DNA of 63,472 nucleotides, counting the filler, from Stramenopiles sp. TOSAG23-2 (taxonomy: Eukaryota): the NCBI GenBank assembly GCA_900128395.1. It is 18 parts of 18 records of this genome, joined end to end, with 100 filler letters (N's around TTAATTAATTAA, not from the genome) between each part and the next. Parts side by side here need not be neighbours in the genome. Positions count along the whole stretch, not along the records: positions 11,069 to 14,655 come from LT651160.1; positions 14,756 to 18,341 come from LT651161.1; positions 18,442 to 22,026 come from LT651162.1; positions 22,127 to 25,709 come from LT651163.1; 14 more parts are not named here. The stretch is one strand, 5' to 3'. The notes under the pieces were generated by a model that saw only the letters and a program-made list of their open reading frames with translations, made no database searches and was not told the origin of the DNA. The position numbers and the translations under genes were made by a program. Of this stretch, positions 11,111 through 22,279 are shown piece after piece. The number at the start of each line of letters is the position of its first letter. Positions within the stretch are counted from its first letter, which is position 1.

Positions 11111-11786
11111 CTCAAACCATTACGATCGGTCTAAACGTGGTAGAGGTCGTGGTAGAGGACGTGGTAGAGGTCGAGGCAGGGGCCGTGGTAGGGGTCAAAA
11201 CACGAAACCTGCAACACCTTTAGGTGCAGATAAACCAGCGACACCATTAACTGGGGTTGCAAAACGAAAATTGATTGCTCCACCAAAAGTATCCAAGTAT
11301 GCAGTAATAGAAGAAAAGAATATCGATAGTAATAATGATGATGCAACAAAACCTGCAAAATTAAATGTAAGCCAACAACAAACAAGGGAAATAGTGAATA
11401 AAGGCAAAGTTTCCCCAAAAGGGAAAGTTTCCCCAAAAGGAAGACTATCTTCAAAACAATTTCCTAAAGAATCCACAGTAAAACTTGTAGATGGTGATAT
11501 TGAAGAAGGAAAAGTTGTCGAGGAAAAGACTATTAAAACAACGTCACCAAAGCCAAAACCAAAGAAAAAAATAACACCGAAAAAATATGTAATTCAAAGG
11601 TATGATGATTTGGATTCCTCATCTACATCCTCATCAGAAACGTCATCTTCCGAAGGTGATTCAGATGATGAAGGTTTAGGCAGAGGCAGAGGAAGAGGTC
11701 GTGGTAGAGGCAGAGGAGGAGGTCGTGGTAGAGGACGTGGTAGAGGACGTGGTAGAGGACGTGGTAGAGGACGAGGTTCAAGTTAA
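11111..11786 (+). CDS. Probable terminal exon of a low-complexity protein with two RG-dipeptide tracts
   Basis: The frame of ORF 11271-11786 extends upstream through an (RG)n tract starting at 11136 to a candidate acceptor atatag| at 11110. A second (RG)n tract precedes the stop. Confidence 0.6.
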
Positions 11787-12150
11787 ATAATTACCGCTCT
11801 CCTCCGCGTAAATATATTATTGCGTAAACTAAATTATTATTTTATATTACACGGAGAGTCGGAATTAATCACTCTAAGAGAGTTAAAAGTTAAAATAAAA
11901 ATGATGAATGTGATTTAAAAAATTTACGACCCCGTACCCCGTATAAAAATTTTTTTATTTTTCGTATTTTTAATTATTGTTTCAATTTTCAATATCGCCT
12001 TTTATGATTAATATGATATACAAGAAGTAATCTTATACGAATCGGTATTTATACTGTCCCGTGTAACTTTTTTGAAAAATTTTTTTTCATACGATATATA
12101 TATATGTTACGGAACCGTTCGTATTAATCTTGCATGCGGGCATGCACTCT

Positions 12151-14191
12151 TCACATTTTACTATTTTTTGGCCATTCATCATTATTCAACATAGTATTTT
12201 CCATCAAATCTTTAAACTGTTTCACTGTCAATTTTGCATCGCCACCTCTTTCTGGTGTCATTCGCTGCACCGTAAAATGTTGTTCTCTATCTAATGCTTC
12301 ATTTACCAAGTGGTTACTAATCGCAGCGCGATTAATTAACGCCTTTGACAATTGTATTGCTTCTGGTTTAAAAGAGGATAATGTTTCTGCCATATCTAAT
12401 GCTTCAATTAAAAACATATCATGTGAATAAACTTCTGTAACCAAATTTAATCGTAATGCATCATCGGAGGACATCCATTTTCCTGTTAGCAAATATTTTT
12501 TTGCTATCATTGCATTAGTTTCATTTGCAAAACGAAAGGAAGAAGACAATTCAGGGGCTGTGGAATGTAGCGCATGAAAAGTTATATGTGTTAGAGGGTG
12601 TATATCTTTTTTGGGTTTAGGGAAAAAATAGAATTTACGTACTAATACCTAATTTACTAAATGGCCACATAAATCGCCCATTTTCACTACAATATATTAA
12701 ATCGCTGAAGAACAGGCTATAATTTGCTCCACCTCCAACAGCTAAGCCGTTAACAGCACAAATAATAGGCTTCCTTGCCATTAAAAAATCGAGCACAGTT
12801 GCACGTAATCCCCATGGACGAGACAAAGGATCAGGCATTTTACGCCGCCAAACAGAACTATTACCATTGCCTAGATTTTCTTCTCTTGTTTTAACATCCA
12901 AAAATTCCAACGCTTTTTTTGGCACAAACATTTGCTTCCCACCTTTTAAATCTGCCCCAGAACAAAATGCACGACCCGATCCTGTCCATACAATGCATTT
13001 GATATGATCGTTACGTTCGCAATATGCTAAACATAACCGAAGCTCTGCGACTAAATTGCCAGACATTGCATTCAAATTATTAGGAGAATCAAGAGTGATT
13101 AAAGCAACCCCATCACGTGCCATACGAAATCTTACATCATGTAACGTATAATCTGCTGTAATAATATTTGCATGGTCATTATCATCAAAATATTGTATTG
13201 TAATATGATGATCATTACTCAAGAACAAATCAAGAATAGTATTTGGTATAGCTTCTTCGTCATTTGTAATTGGTAACACTACATTGGCAAATTGTTTTGT
13301 TTCATTATCAGCATTTTTTGGACAAAAAGATTTACCAGCCCATTTTAACATACGATTATCATTTCCACCATCTCCAAAAGCAGCAACATTTTCTTTCTCC
13401 AAATTCATTTGTTCACATACCCATTGTAATGCACCTTGCTTATTGCTTTCTGGCGCTTCAAAAACGATGGTTGAAGTTACTGGGGCAAATATATTATTAT
13501 CGACATTCGAATTGTTTGAATTAATAGCCAATCGCATGCCATAATCGGATGGCAAAAGTGTAAAAGATTCATCCATTAACGGTACGACTTCTTCTTGCAA
13601 CGTTTCCCCTTCCATACCAGGGACAAACATTAAAGCCATGAAACTTTGTTCCAACGTTTCCGGTTTTAAATTAAATAACTCTTCTGGTTTTTCCATTGTT
13701 ACACTTTCAATATTTTCACGAATTGACGCTATTTGTTTTTCATATTCTTCCATCGTCATCGTTTGCAGGCACATATCTCGATAAAATCCTTCGAAGTTTG
13801 GAGACGCATAACTTCTACGATGTTTTCCAGATAATGTTGTTAAAGCTAAACCTAAAGTTGGAAACTTCTTTCTTATCATTGGCAATATGCGTTGTAATTC
13901 TCTGGATGGTCTTAATCGTTCCCTAACTTTTATTCCATTTCTTAACACTATATCTCCATCGCTGCAAATATTATATCCACTATCACAACCTAATTTTTTT
14001 GCAATGGGCATGACAACTTCCGGTGGATTACCAGTAGCAATCATAAAGGTACCACCTGCTGACTGATATGCTTGCACAGCATTTATCGCAGTTTTACTTA
14101 ATGTTCCATATCCAGCATTACCATCACTGTGTAATAAGGTTCCATCAAGATCACATGCTACTAATGATGGAAAAAAAGTAGAAGCTTCCAT
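12151..14191 (-). CDS. Fusion of a Cof-type HAD hydrolase and an enoyl-CoA hydratase/isomerase (crotonase). Two exons, intron 12558-12642
   Basis: HAD motifs ACDLDGTLL, IATG, K..AL and FGDGGND. Crotonase motifs GRAFCSGADL and AVNGLAVGGG. An 85-nt intron (GTACGT...CTAAC...CACAG) joins the two ORFs to give KLGITPELSSSF. Confidence 0.9.
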
Positions 14192-14755
14192 TATATGTAT
14201 TGAACTACGCTGTATAATTTATTGCTATTGAGGAAATGTATTTTTTCTTTATTTGTATTACATTTATACTACGAAATTCATGTAGTAGTATTTTATTTTA
14301 TTTATTTTAATTTATTTAATGTAAAAGCCAGCTGGCCAGCTGCTACTGCGGTGCTAAGTATTTTTTTTTTTTCTTTCGAATTAATTCTAGATTAATTGAG
14401 CTACATAGAATATTATTTATTATTTTTTTGTGTGTTAGTGTTGGACAGATTTATAATACCCTGGAATACACACCTTATTATAGCGATTATAAGTACCATG
14501 AAGGGGCAGTTTTAAGGCCTATGCACCTATCTCCATGCTAATTTAAAAAAAAAACTGTCTATAATAAGCCACATTTGTTGGACATATATGTATTCTTAGA
14601 GTAACAGCTTATATGTTCCTAGTTAATATTATTTCTATGTATTATTCTATGTCTTNNNNNNNNNNNNNNNNNNNNNNNNNNNNNNNNNNNNNNNNNNNNT
14701 TAATTAATTAANNNNNNNNNNNNNNNNNNNNNNNNNNNNNNNNNNNNNNNNNNNN

Positions 14756-14896
14756 TATATGGCGCATGAGAGCTTGCGGCAGTGTCATGAGAGCTTTATT
14801 ATAGTAGGATACAGAATATTTATTCTCGAGATAGAGTATTGAGCATATTATTTTTCACATGAGAAGTAAAATTATTATATAACTTAGATTTTAACC
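14756..14896 (-). repeat. Dispersed repeat family A, contig-end copy
   Basis: gagctttattatagtaggata...gagtattgagcatatta...gagaagtaaaatt...aacttagattttaacc. Confidence 0.8.
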
Positions 14897-15954
14897 AATA
14901 TATATTACAGATAGTGAAAATAGTCAATCACAATCATCTCTTGAGTGACAATAATAGCCCCATTAATCATGTAGCACATTCTACAAACATTTCAGCTATC
15001 CAAAATGGGCCCATTACACAAACATCAATCGTAAAGTCGTCTGTAGATGATGTCTCCAGTACCATTGATTCGATTACCGATGGCTCCACTCTGAAGAAGC
15101 GAAATTTACCCACTAATGACACTTCAGGTTCAGAAAGTATAGCATCGCGAGTTAAAGGGCTACGACGACCAGTCAACAAGAAACAAAAACAACCACGACC
15201 ACCAGTTACCGCTCTTGCTTCCCCTGGATATAAACAACATGAATAATTTTTTCACAGGTCTTTCCGGTTTAGTTATATCGTTCAATTTATTAAATTATTT
15301 CTGGTAATTACACATATATATATCTAGTCTTTAACTTTATAAATAAGAGAATTTTTTATATACGTAGTGAATATAACGGTATGAGTAAATAAAATTTTTA
15401 ATTTATATTAGTAAGAGAATTTTTTATATATAAATACGAGTAATATATATTAATTATATTGACCATATTTTAATATATCATACGACTCGTATAATTTAGT
15501 TTACGCATAATTTATTTATATAAATATATACCGGTATTACACAAACTTCTAATTTATATTAGTAAGAGAATTTTTTATATATAAATACGAGTAATATATA
15601 TTAATTATATTGACCATATTTTAATATATCATACGACTCGTATAATTTAGTTTACGCATAATTTATTTATATAAATATATACCGGTATTACACAAACTTC
15701 GAAAGTAATATCTATCTCAACAATTATGTGTCAATAAACTAACGAAACAGGAATTACCGATGAGGTAAATAGATGTTATCAACCCTTCTGTTGATGAAAA
15801 ATATGAAGGCGGTGGGGAATAAATTGTACCAGGGTATAATTCATTGTATTTCTTGCCAAACGCGATCGCAAATGATATATTTAGATAAATATAACGTATT
15901 AACCATATCATATGCGCACATATCATAATTTGAAATAATAATCACCACATAAAA

Positions 15955-18341
15955 TTACTTTTTGTTAACTTTGACTTCTTGTAATTTTTCCACTTTGTTG
16001 TTTTCCCTATTGTTAACTTGCTTTGTTTCTACAAACATTGGCATAGAAATACACAACCTTGCAGCTTCTCGCCTAATAATGTTTGCATCCGATCCGTATT
16101 GTGTATCCAACGTTGAACGAATCATATCAATTTCCAACAAATCTGCTAACATTTCTTTAAAGATATAGAATTGAGGTAGCTGAGTAGTTTGATTACTGCC
16201 ATCACTTAATATGCTCCCTAATTTTTCCATGATACTGTCATACTCGTTCAAACGCTCTGTTAGTAGGGTAGTTTTCATATTATCAATTTTAGAATATTTT
16301 GAAGGGGGTTGATGATTAACAATCATGGGCCCCCGACCTTTTCTTCCAGGTCCATGTTGAATCGGCACTCGATTAGTTTCATGCGGTAGTTTCCACGATA
16401 CATGTTGCCACCCAAACTCACCAAGATAGGCATAATATGGCGTTCGACTTTCACCATCAAAAAATTCATACCACCCTTGGCTGTTCACAGTTAAGTCATT
16501 TTGTACTAAAACATATTCATCTTTGTAAATGAAATATTCCGTGCGACTGACTGGATCTCGGCGTTTAACCCAATTTCTATACACGTGTTTTTTATATATG
16601 CCACGACGATTTTGAAAGAATTCTTTTAAGTATTTAAATGCCATCACAAGTGGTAAAAATATCAATGTGATATTACCAATCAATGTAGCCCTTTGCTTCC
16701 TCATTTCCTTTTGTTTATCTAATTGCTTTACATTAAAAAAAACTTGAAGCACATTTTTACAAGTAACTTCAAGCGCTCGAAGTAGCCATATTGTTTCACG
16801 CAAGGTGGTACTGCGGTCATCTATCCCCCAACTGATCGCAGCATCTTGCGCTTCATGCGCTAGCAAAATGCTCTTTAATATATCCAATTCATAACCCAAA
16901 GCTCGTTTCTTCTCTGCTAATGATAGCTTGCTCTTAAATCTAGAAAATGGTCTGTTTTCTTTACATTTCATACACGAATAGCTGTAAAGATTGTTCTTGT
17001 CTGTGTTTTCAAAAGTGCACTTATCGCATATCCAATAATGCGAATCAATAGCCAATGGTACAGACCTAGGTGGAGGAGGTGGATAATGGCGTTGTCCGGG
17101 TTGATTAATCTTAGCAGATGAGACATTTTTCTTCTTACTATTTCCCGTTGCCATATCATCGACCTTCTTGTGAGATTTGCTAAATAGCGATGCTAGCGGC
17201 CTTAACGCCCAATGGGATCTAGTGGTGCGCTTTATTAGCTTCATCGAATCACCTCGTTGCTGCAAAATCATATTTTGTAAATCATTAAACCCAGTTTGAA
17301 ACAACCCCATCTCCCACAATTCTTTGAAAACGCCGTGAAACAAATATGCAAACGTCATGGACATATGCCCAATCATTATGAAAGCATACGCGCTTTCTGA
17401 CATGATGCTAGGTGGTTGCCCCGGGTCCGATGGTTCTAGCGCCTTGCTAAGAAACATTACTCCAAAGAACAAGACAAATACATGATTAGATAAAGCTACA
17501 TTTTCCATATTATTTAGAAATACTTCAATAAATGGTAGCTGCTTGATTTGTAAAATGGCTAAGCATGAAAGAAGAATCATGATACCAGATGCTTGCAGTA
17601 AATGATATTCTTTCCTTCTGGTCAATATACGAAACAATGCAATAAAAACTTTCCTAGGCATAATTACGACAGGTTCCCAGTAGAAATGCGTGGTTTTGTA
17701 TTTATAATACAAGTACCCGTACCTATCCCGCATGTCAGGGTCAAATTCTCGTTTCGATTTGAAAATATTGCTAATTTGAAAGATGCAAAATAACGGGAAG
17801 CCTACTCCATAGGTAGCCATAAAAAAAAATGCCAAATTTGCTAACGAGGCATGTTCACCTTCCCAACATACTAAGGTAGGTGATTCATTCAAGGTATAAG
17901 TCCCATCCGGTTGTTCAGTGCAAAGTAACATGCCAATAATTTTCTTCGTTATTGCCAGGTGAATGGAAATGAAAAGAATGAAAAAAGCGTTTATATAAAG
18001 ATTTTTTTTGTCTCGATGACCCGCGTGATCAACGGACCCGGCGAGCATCTTGACTTTGTGCATCTCCTTTACTTGCATCAGCGAATTGCGATGCGCTTCA
18101 AAATCTGCCAATTTTGGGGTAGTCAAAACATAGCGAAGCATGTGCTCGCCGAATGTCTTATCGTACCATGTCCAGGAGCTCATGCGTGGACTATCGGCTT
18201 GCCGAGTTATCCATTTTTTCCACGCCACTTTATCCTTCATATCGACTTTAAATTTTCCAGATGTAGTATACATTTTTATACTGGCAAGCTTTGGATCTGT
18301 TACCTTTGAAATAGACTCTCCCCCCCCAATTTTCTCATTTT
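15955..18341 (-). CDS. Multi-pass membrane protein (TRP-like/7TM-type C-terminal region) with a RanBP2-type zinc finger and WW-like domains, 5'-partial
   Basis: Frame is open to the contig end. TM block with CWEGEH and RYGYLYYKYK..YWE...RK. Zinc finger WICDKCTFEN...CMKC. WW-like segments WVKRRDPVSRTEYF and WYEFFDGESRTPYY...SWKLP. Confidence 0.7.
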
Positions 18342-18501
18342 NNNNNNNNNNNNNNNNNNNNNNNNNNNNNNNNNNNNNNNNNNNNTTAATTAATTAANNN
18401 NNNNNNNNNNNNNNNNNNNNNNNNNNNNNNNNNNNNNNNNNAATGCTGTTCCCCTATATGCCAAATCGGCACCTTTGATCTTTTCAGCTGTCATATGTAA
18501 T

Positions 18502-20112
18502 TTAATTTGTGTATTTATTGTATATTATTTTATTTTTTTTATTTTGTTGTTTCTTCCATACTTTATGTAACTCGTTAGCTGTTTTAGGAGACACCTCTAC
18601 ATCATCCCACACATGGTCATCATATTTGTCTCCCAATAATTTTTTAAAATGCTCTTCATCAAATTCAATAACATATACCTTCTTTCCTTTTTGATTAATA
18701 TTATCTTGAATAATTGTTCCTCTAATATATTTTTTATACGTATCAGATTCTTTATTTTGGTCATACCATAAAATCTTTTTATCAATCAACGAGTTAGTCT
18801 TTCTCTTTTTTTTCTTTCCCTTGCTCTTTTTTCGCTCGGCATTTCTTTTCTTACCAGTAGTTGTAGTAGTAGTAGTAGTAGTAGTAGTCGTTGTTGTTGA
18901 ACTAGATGAATTATTAACGGTAATACCTTTCTCTCCCTCAATTTCTTCTTCTTCATCATCATCGTTTCCGCTGCTATATTCTTCTCCAGTGGCTTCTCGG
19001 TATTTTTGCTTTAAAAATTTAATCTCGTCTTTAATGTAATTTCCTGATAACGCTAAGTCCGTAAAAAAACCTGACATACCAGTTCGAAATAAATCTTGCA
19101 TAACCAATAGGCTCTGTTTATCATTTTCATTAAAAGCATTGTATTCAATAGCTTTATCCATTTTTTTTTCTGAAATGATGTTATAACGATTGCTTTTAAC
19201 CCATGTAAGCAACGGGTCTGTATCCTTTTCCTCACAAACCAACAGTTTATTTACCAAATTATTCAGTTTGGACAAGCTATCTTTTTCTTCTTCCGTAATC
19301 ATATTATCAGCCACGCTTTTTTCCAACATTTTTAACACAGTTGTATTATCTTTGTTTTTCTCATACCACGTTCGTAACGGATCTGGATTATCACTATTAA
19401 TTTTATTCTCTCTCTTTAATTGCTCTAATTTTCTTTCACAATAAGTTGCATAAGCCTCTTCGACTAGCACTTGTCGATTTTGTCTGGCTTCCTCTTGAAA
19501 TATAAACTGTTCGACTAGTTGCGTTAATCGATAGCAATTAGCATCTCTGTCTTTACTATGCTTATTTATAGATAAGTTTTGTTTTAGATCCATAGCGTTT
19601 CTCACAATCCCTAATTTTTTCCTGGCTTTTCTACCCGCTTTCTTTGCCATTGCATCCTCCTGATTATACCAACGACTTCGATAATCAATGTTTAATTTGT
19701 TAAGAACACCGCTATCTTTTAAGAATGTTAATTCACGGTCTAATACTGTAGTTGTCACTTCAAATCGATTAGATCGTCCTTTGTTCTTTTTTTTTTTTCT
19801 TCCTACTTTTTTCTTTGTTTTTTCTTTGTTTTGAAGATCTACAGTGTTACTACTGCTGCTAGAACTGCTTGAGCTGTTATTGTTCCTGTTGAAACTATTA
19901 CCTGTTGTATTTACATCTAAATACGGGTTAAAATCATTAAGAAGTTGATTGACTTGTGGTCTAGCTTTTTTAACATAATTTTGCAAACTATTTCTGACTG
20001 CTTGTTGATCCCTTTCTGGATTATTTGTCATAGACACCAGATAATTATTATTATTTGTTTGATCTGTGGTGTTATTCGAACCACCTTCACTTGAGCTACT
20101 GCTTGACAACAT
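18502..20112 (-). CDS. Hypothetical protein with low-complexity tracts and a possible C-terminal Tudor/SH3-like domain
   Basis: 536-aa ORF with poly-S/N/T tracts and basic NLS-like runs. The C-terminal LIDKKILWY...YIRGTI...VYVIEFDE resembles a Tudor-like barrel (weak). Confidence 0.6.
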   Translation of the reverse strand: MLSSSSSSEGGSNNTTDQTNNNNYLVSMTNNPERDQQAVRNSLQNYVKKARPQVNQLLNDFNPYLDVNTTGNSFNRNNNSSSSSSSSSNTVDLQNKEKTKKKVGRKKKKNKGRSNRFEVTTTVLDRELTFLKDSGVLNKLNIDYRSRWYNQEDAMAKKAGRKARKKLGIVRNAMDLKQNLSINKHSKDRDANCYRLTQLVEQFIFQEEARQNRQVLVEEAYATYCERKLEQLKRENKINSDNPDPLRTWYEKNKDNTTVLKMLEKSVADNMITEEEKDSLSKLNNLVNKLLVCEEKDTDPLLTWVKSNRYNIISEKKMDKAIEYNAFNENDKQSLLVMQDLFRTGMSGFFTDLALSGNYIKDEIKFLKQKYREATGEEYSSGNDDDEEEEIEGEKGITVNNSSSSTTTTTTTTTTTTTTGKKRNAERKKSKGKKKKRKTNSLIDKKILWYDQNKESDTYKKYIRGTIIQDNINQKGKKVYVIEFDEEHFKKLLGDKYDDHVWDDVEVSPKTANELHKVWKKQQNKKNKIIYNKYTN

Positions 20113-20297
20113 TTTGTTAGATACTGTTTATTGTATGTTATATTATTAGTAATATTCTTGAATAAGTATTGATATTGTTGCATAAAATTGTTGAATATGT
20201 ATATGTATATATAGATCTATATATGTATATATGTTATATATATTTGTTTTTATTAATACTTAGTGTATATATATATATTATGTATTAATTCATTTCT

Positions 20298-20686
20298 TTG
20301 GATAGAAACTATATTTTATCTGAATGCTATGTGTATGCTAATTTTGACAGTTTATTCAGATAGAAATTAGTAAAAGTCCGTATGCTATTTATATGGTAAT
20401 CAGGAGAACCTCGTAGATAAATATATTTTAGTCCGAATGTGTGGTGTACCTACAACTGACAATTTTCGGATAGAAATACTATTAGGTCCGAAGAGCACTG
20501 TAGTATTATTAAGGTAACAATAGTCTGTTGTCGGATAGAAATATATTTTAGTCCGTTAATGGTTTTGGAAACAATTAAGGTAAAATATTGTGTTGTCGGA
20601 TAGAAATATAATTTGGTCCGACAGTGGTATATTAGATGTTAAGGTAAAAATATTGTATCGTCGGATAGAAATATATTTTGGTCCGA
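20298..20686. repeat. Interspaced array of seven ~25-bp imperfect palindromic repeats (consensus TCGGATAGAAATATATTTTRGTCCGA)
   Basis: Copies start at 20298, 20356, 20411, 20466, 20531, 20596 and 20661 (periods 58, 55, 55, 65, 65, 65). Intervening sequences differ from one another. Confidence 0.9.
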
Positions 20687-20941
20687 ATATATTAGTCTTT
20701 TGCATTTTTTTGCCTTATAGCCAATAGTTGTCACGCCTTTTGATATGTTAATTGATGTTAGGTTTTTGCAAGCATTGAATGCAAAGTAACCAATGGAAGT
20801 TAGCCCATTTGGTAATTTGATTGATGTCAAATTTGTGCAACCATAGAATGCATCATTAGCAATAGTTGTTACGCCTTTTGATATGTTAATTGATATCAGA
20901 TTGTTGCAATCACGAAATGCCTCATCACCTATAGTAATCAT
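20639..20941 (-). pseudogene. BspA-type (LRR_5) leucine-rich repeat fragment
   Basis: TIGDEAFRDCNNLISINI, TTIANDAFYGCTNLTSIKLP and TSIGYFAFNACKNLTSINI. The repeats break off at GYKA and the frame runs into the repeat array. Confidence 0.7.
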
Positions 20942-21656
20942 TACTTCTCAACGATTCTTTTTGTTGATTTACAATTGGTAATATAGTGCCTTTGCATCTC
21001 AAACCAGACCAGAACTTGGATAATGAGTTGTCTTCTTTGGTATAGATTAACCAGTTGATAAACGTTTTCTTGTGTTTGTCACTTTTGGATAGATAGAAGT
21101 TCTTCATTGCTGTCAATACTTCAGCAGTATAATCGCAGCTTTTAATATGAATCAAGATGGCAATAAATTCATCAACCGTATACACAACAATAGTTCTTGT
21201 CGTAATACCTTGATGTTTACAAATTCCTTTGATTTCTGCATTCATTGCTCTGTGTGCTGGCGAATTATGTGCTATCTTTAATGCGCGTGCTGCTTTACGT
21301 ATTAATTCCTTTTCGAATTCATTGTAATTGAAAGCAGATACCCAAGTCTTTCCATCTTTCACATAATAAACTGCTTTCAGTTCTGATCGTTTCGTTGCGT
21401 CAACGATTTGAACACTTTCATATTGTGTTGTTTCTCTTTGCAACGATGCTTTGTCGTACGTTTTTTGATTTCCTATTAATCCAAACATATTTTGTTTTGT
21501 TGCTTTGTGGCGTGCTTCGTATTGTGGTTCGTTATGTATTGTTCTTTTATCTCTGTTCATATATATATATGTTAGGTTGTTGCATTCTCTTTTGGGTTGT
21601 GTGCGTACTTTTTTCGCAGGTGTATTTGTATAGTAACTATCGTGATATAAAGCCAT
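20925..21656 (-). CDS. Hypothetical protein (243 aa), no family recognised
   Basis: Long ATG-started ORF with protein-like composition. Its 3' end overlaps the BspA fragment. Confidence 0.55.
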   Translation of the reverse strand: MALYHDSYYTNTPAKKVRTQPKRECNNLTYIYMNRDKRTIHNEPQYEARHKATKQNMFGLIGNQKTYDKASLQRETTQYESVQIVDATKRSELKAVYYVKDGKTWVSAFNYNEFEKELIRKAARALKIAHNSPAHRAMNAEIKGICKHQGITTRTIVVYTVDEFIAILIHIKSCDYTAEVLTAMKNFYLSKSDKHKKTFINWLIYTKEDNSLSKFWSGLRCKGTILPIVNQQKESLRSNDYYR

Positions 21657-22279
21657 TTTGTTTTCGCGGTTTTGTTATTAGTGTTATTTCATGGTAAGAA
21701 TATTCTACAAATATTCTGATTGTAACAGCATATACACAGCACTCTCAAAACCGTTAGTGGTATTTATATGCTATTAGGAACGAATACTTTGAAAATTGGC
21801 ATTTTTCCAGGTGTCTATTGACAATTCCAGCTCGAATCCACTATTTTGAGGCCTTGTTTAAGGATTTTAGCTGAAAAAGTTCGATGAGTTTGATTTTGGC
21901 GTTGGGAGTTTTCGGTAAAGTAGAGCCCATGCTATGTAGTGCTAATTCCAACTTTACGGCGAACTTTGCGGCTATTTTTTTTAGGAATGGTCAAAACCGC
22001 CTTCTATTCCCCTGGTAGCCGAAAAANNNNNNNNNNNNNNNNNNNNNNNNNNNNNNNNNNNNNNNNNNNNTTAATTAATTAANNNNNNNNNNNNNNNNNN
22101 NNNNNNNNNNNNNNNNNNNNNNNNNNGTTTCTTGTGTGTGTGTGTGTGTGTTTGTGTGTGTTTGTCTAATTACAGTAGATATATTCATACACGTGTGATA
22201 GAGAACAAGTCCGTAAAAGATATAAAACAGAAGAATATCATTAGAAGAACAATTCCAATAGTTTTGTTTTAAAAAGATC

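Noticed and set aside
14914-15246. 110-aa ORF next to a family A copy
   Set aside because: GTG start and no recognisable motif. It could be an orphan exon, but there is no support.
15399-15700. Exact 151-bp tandem duplication
   Set aside because: The period matches a common Illumina read length and the copies are identical, so probably an artefact.
20298-20686. Calling the array a true CRISPR
   Set aside because: There are no cas genes, the repeats are degenerate, the spacers share a conserved sub-block, and the context is eukaryotic. Reported as a CRISPR-like repeat only.
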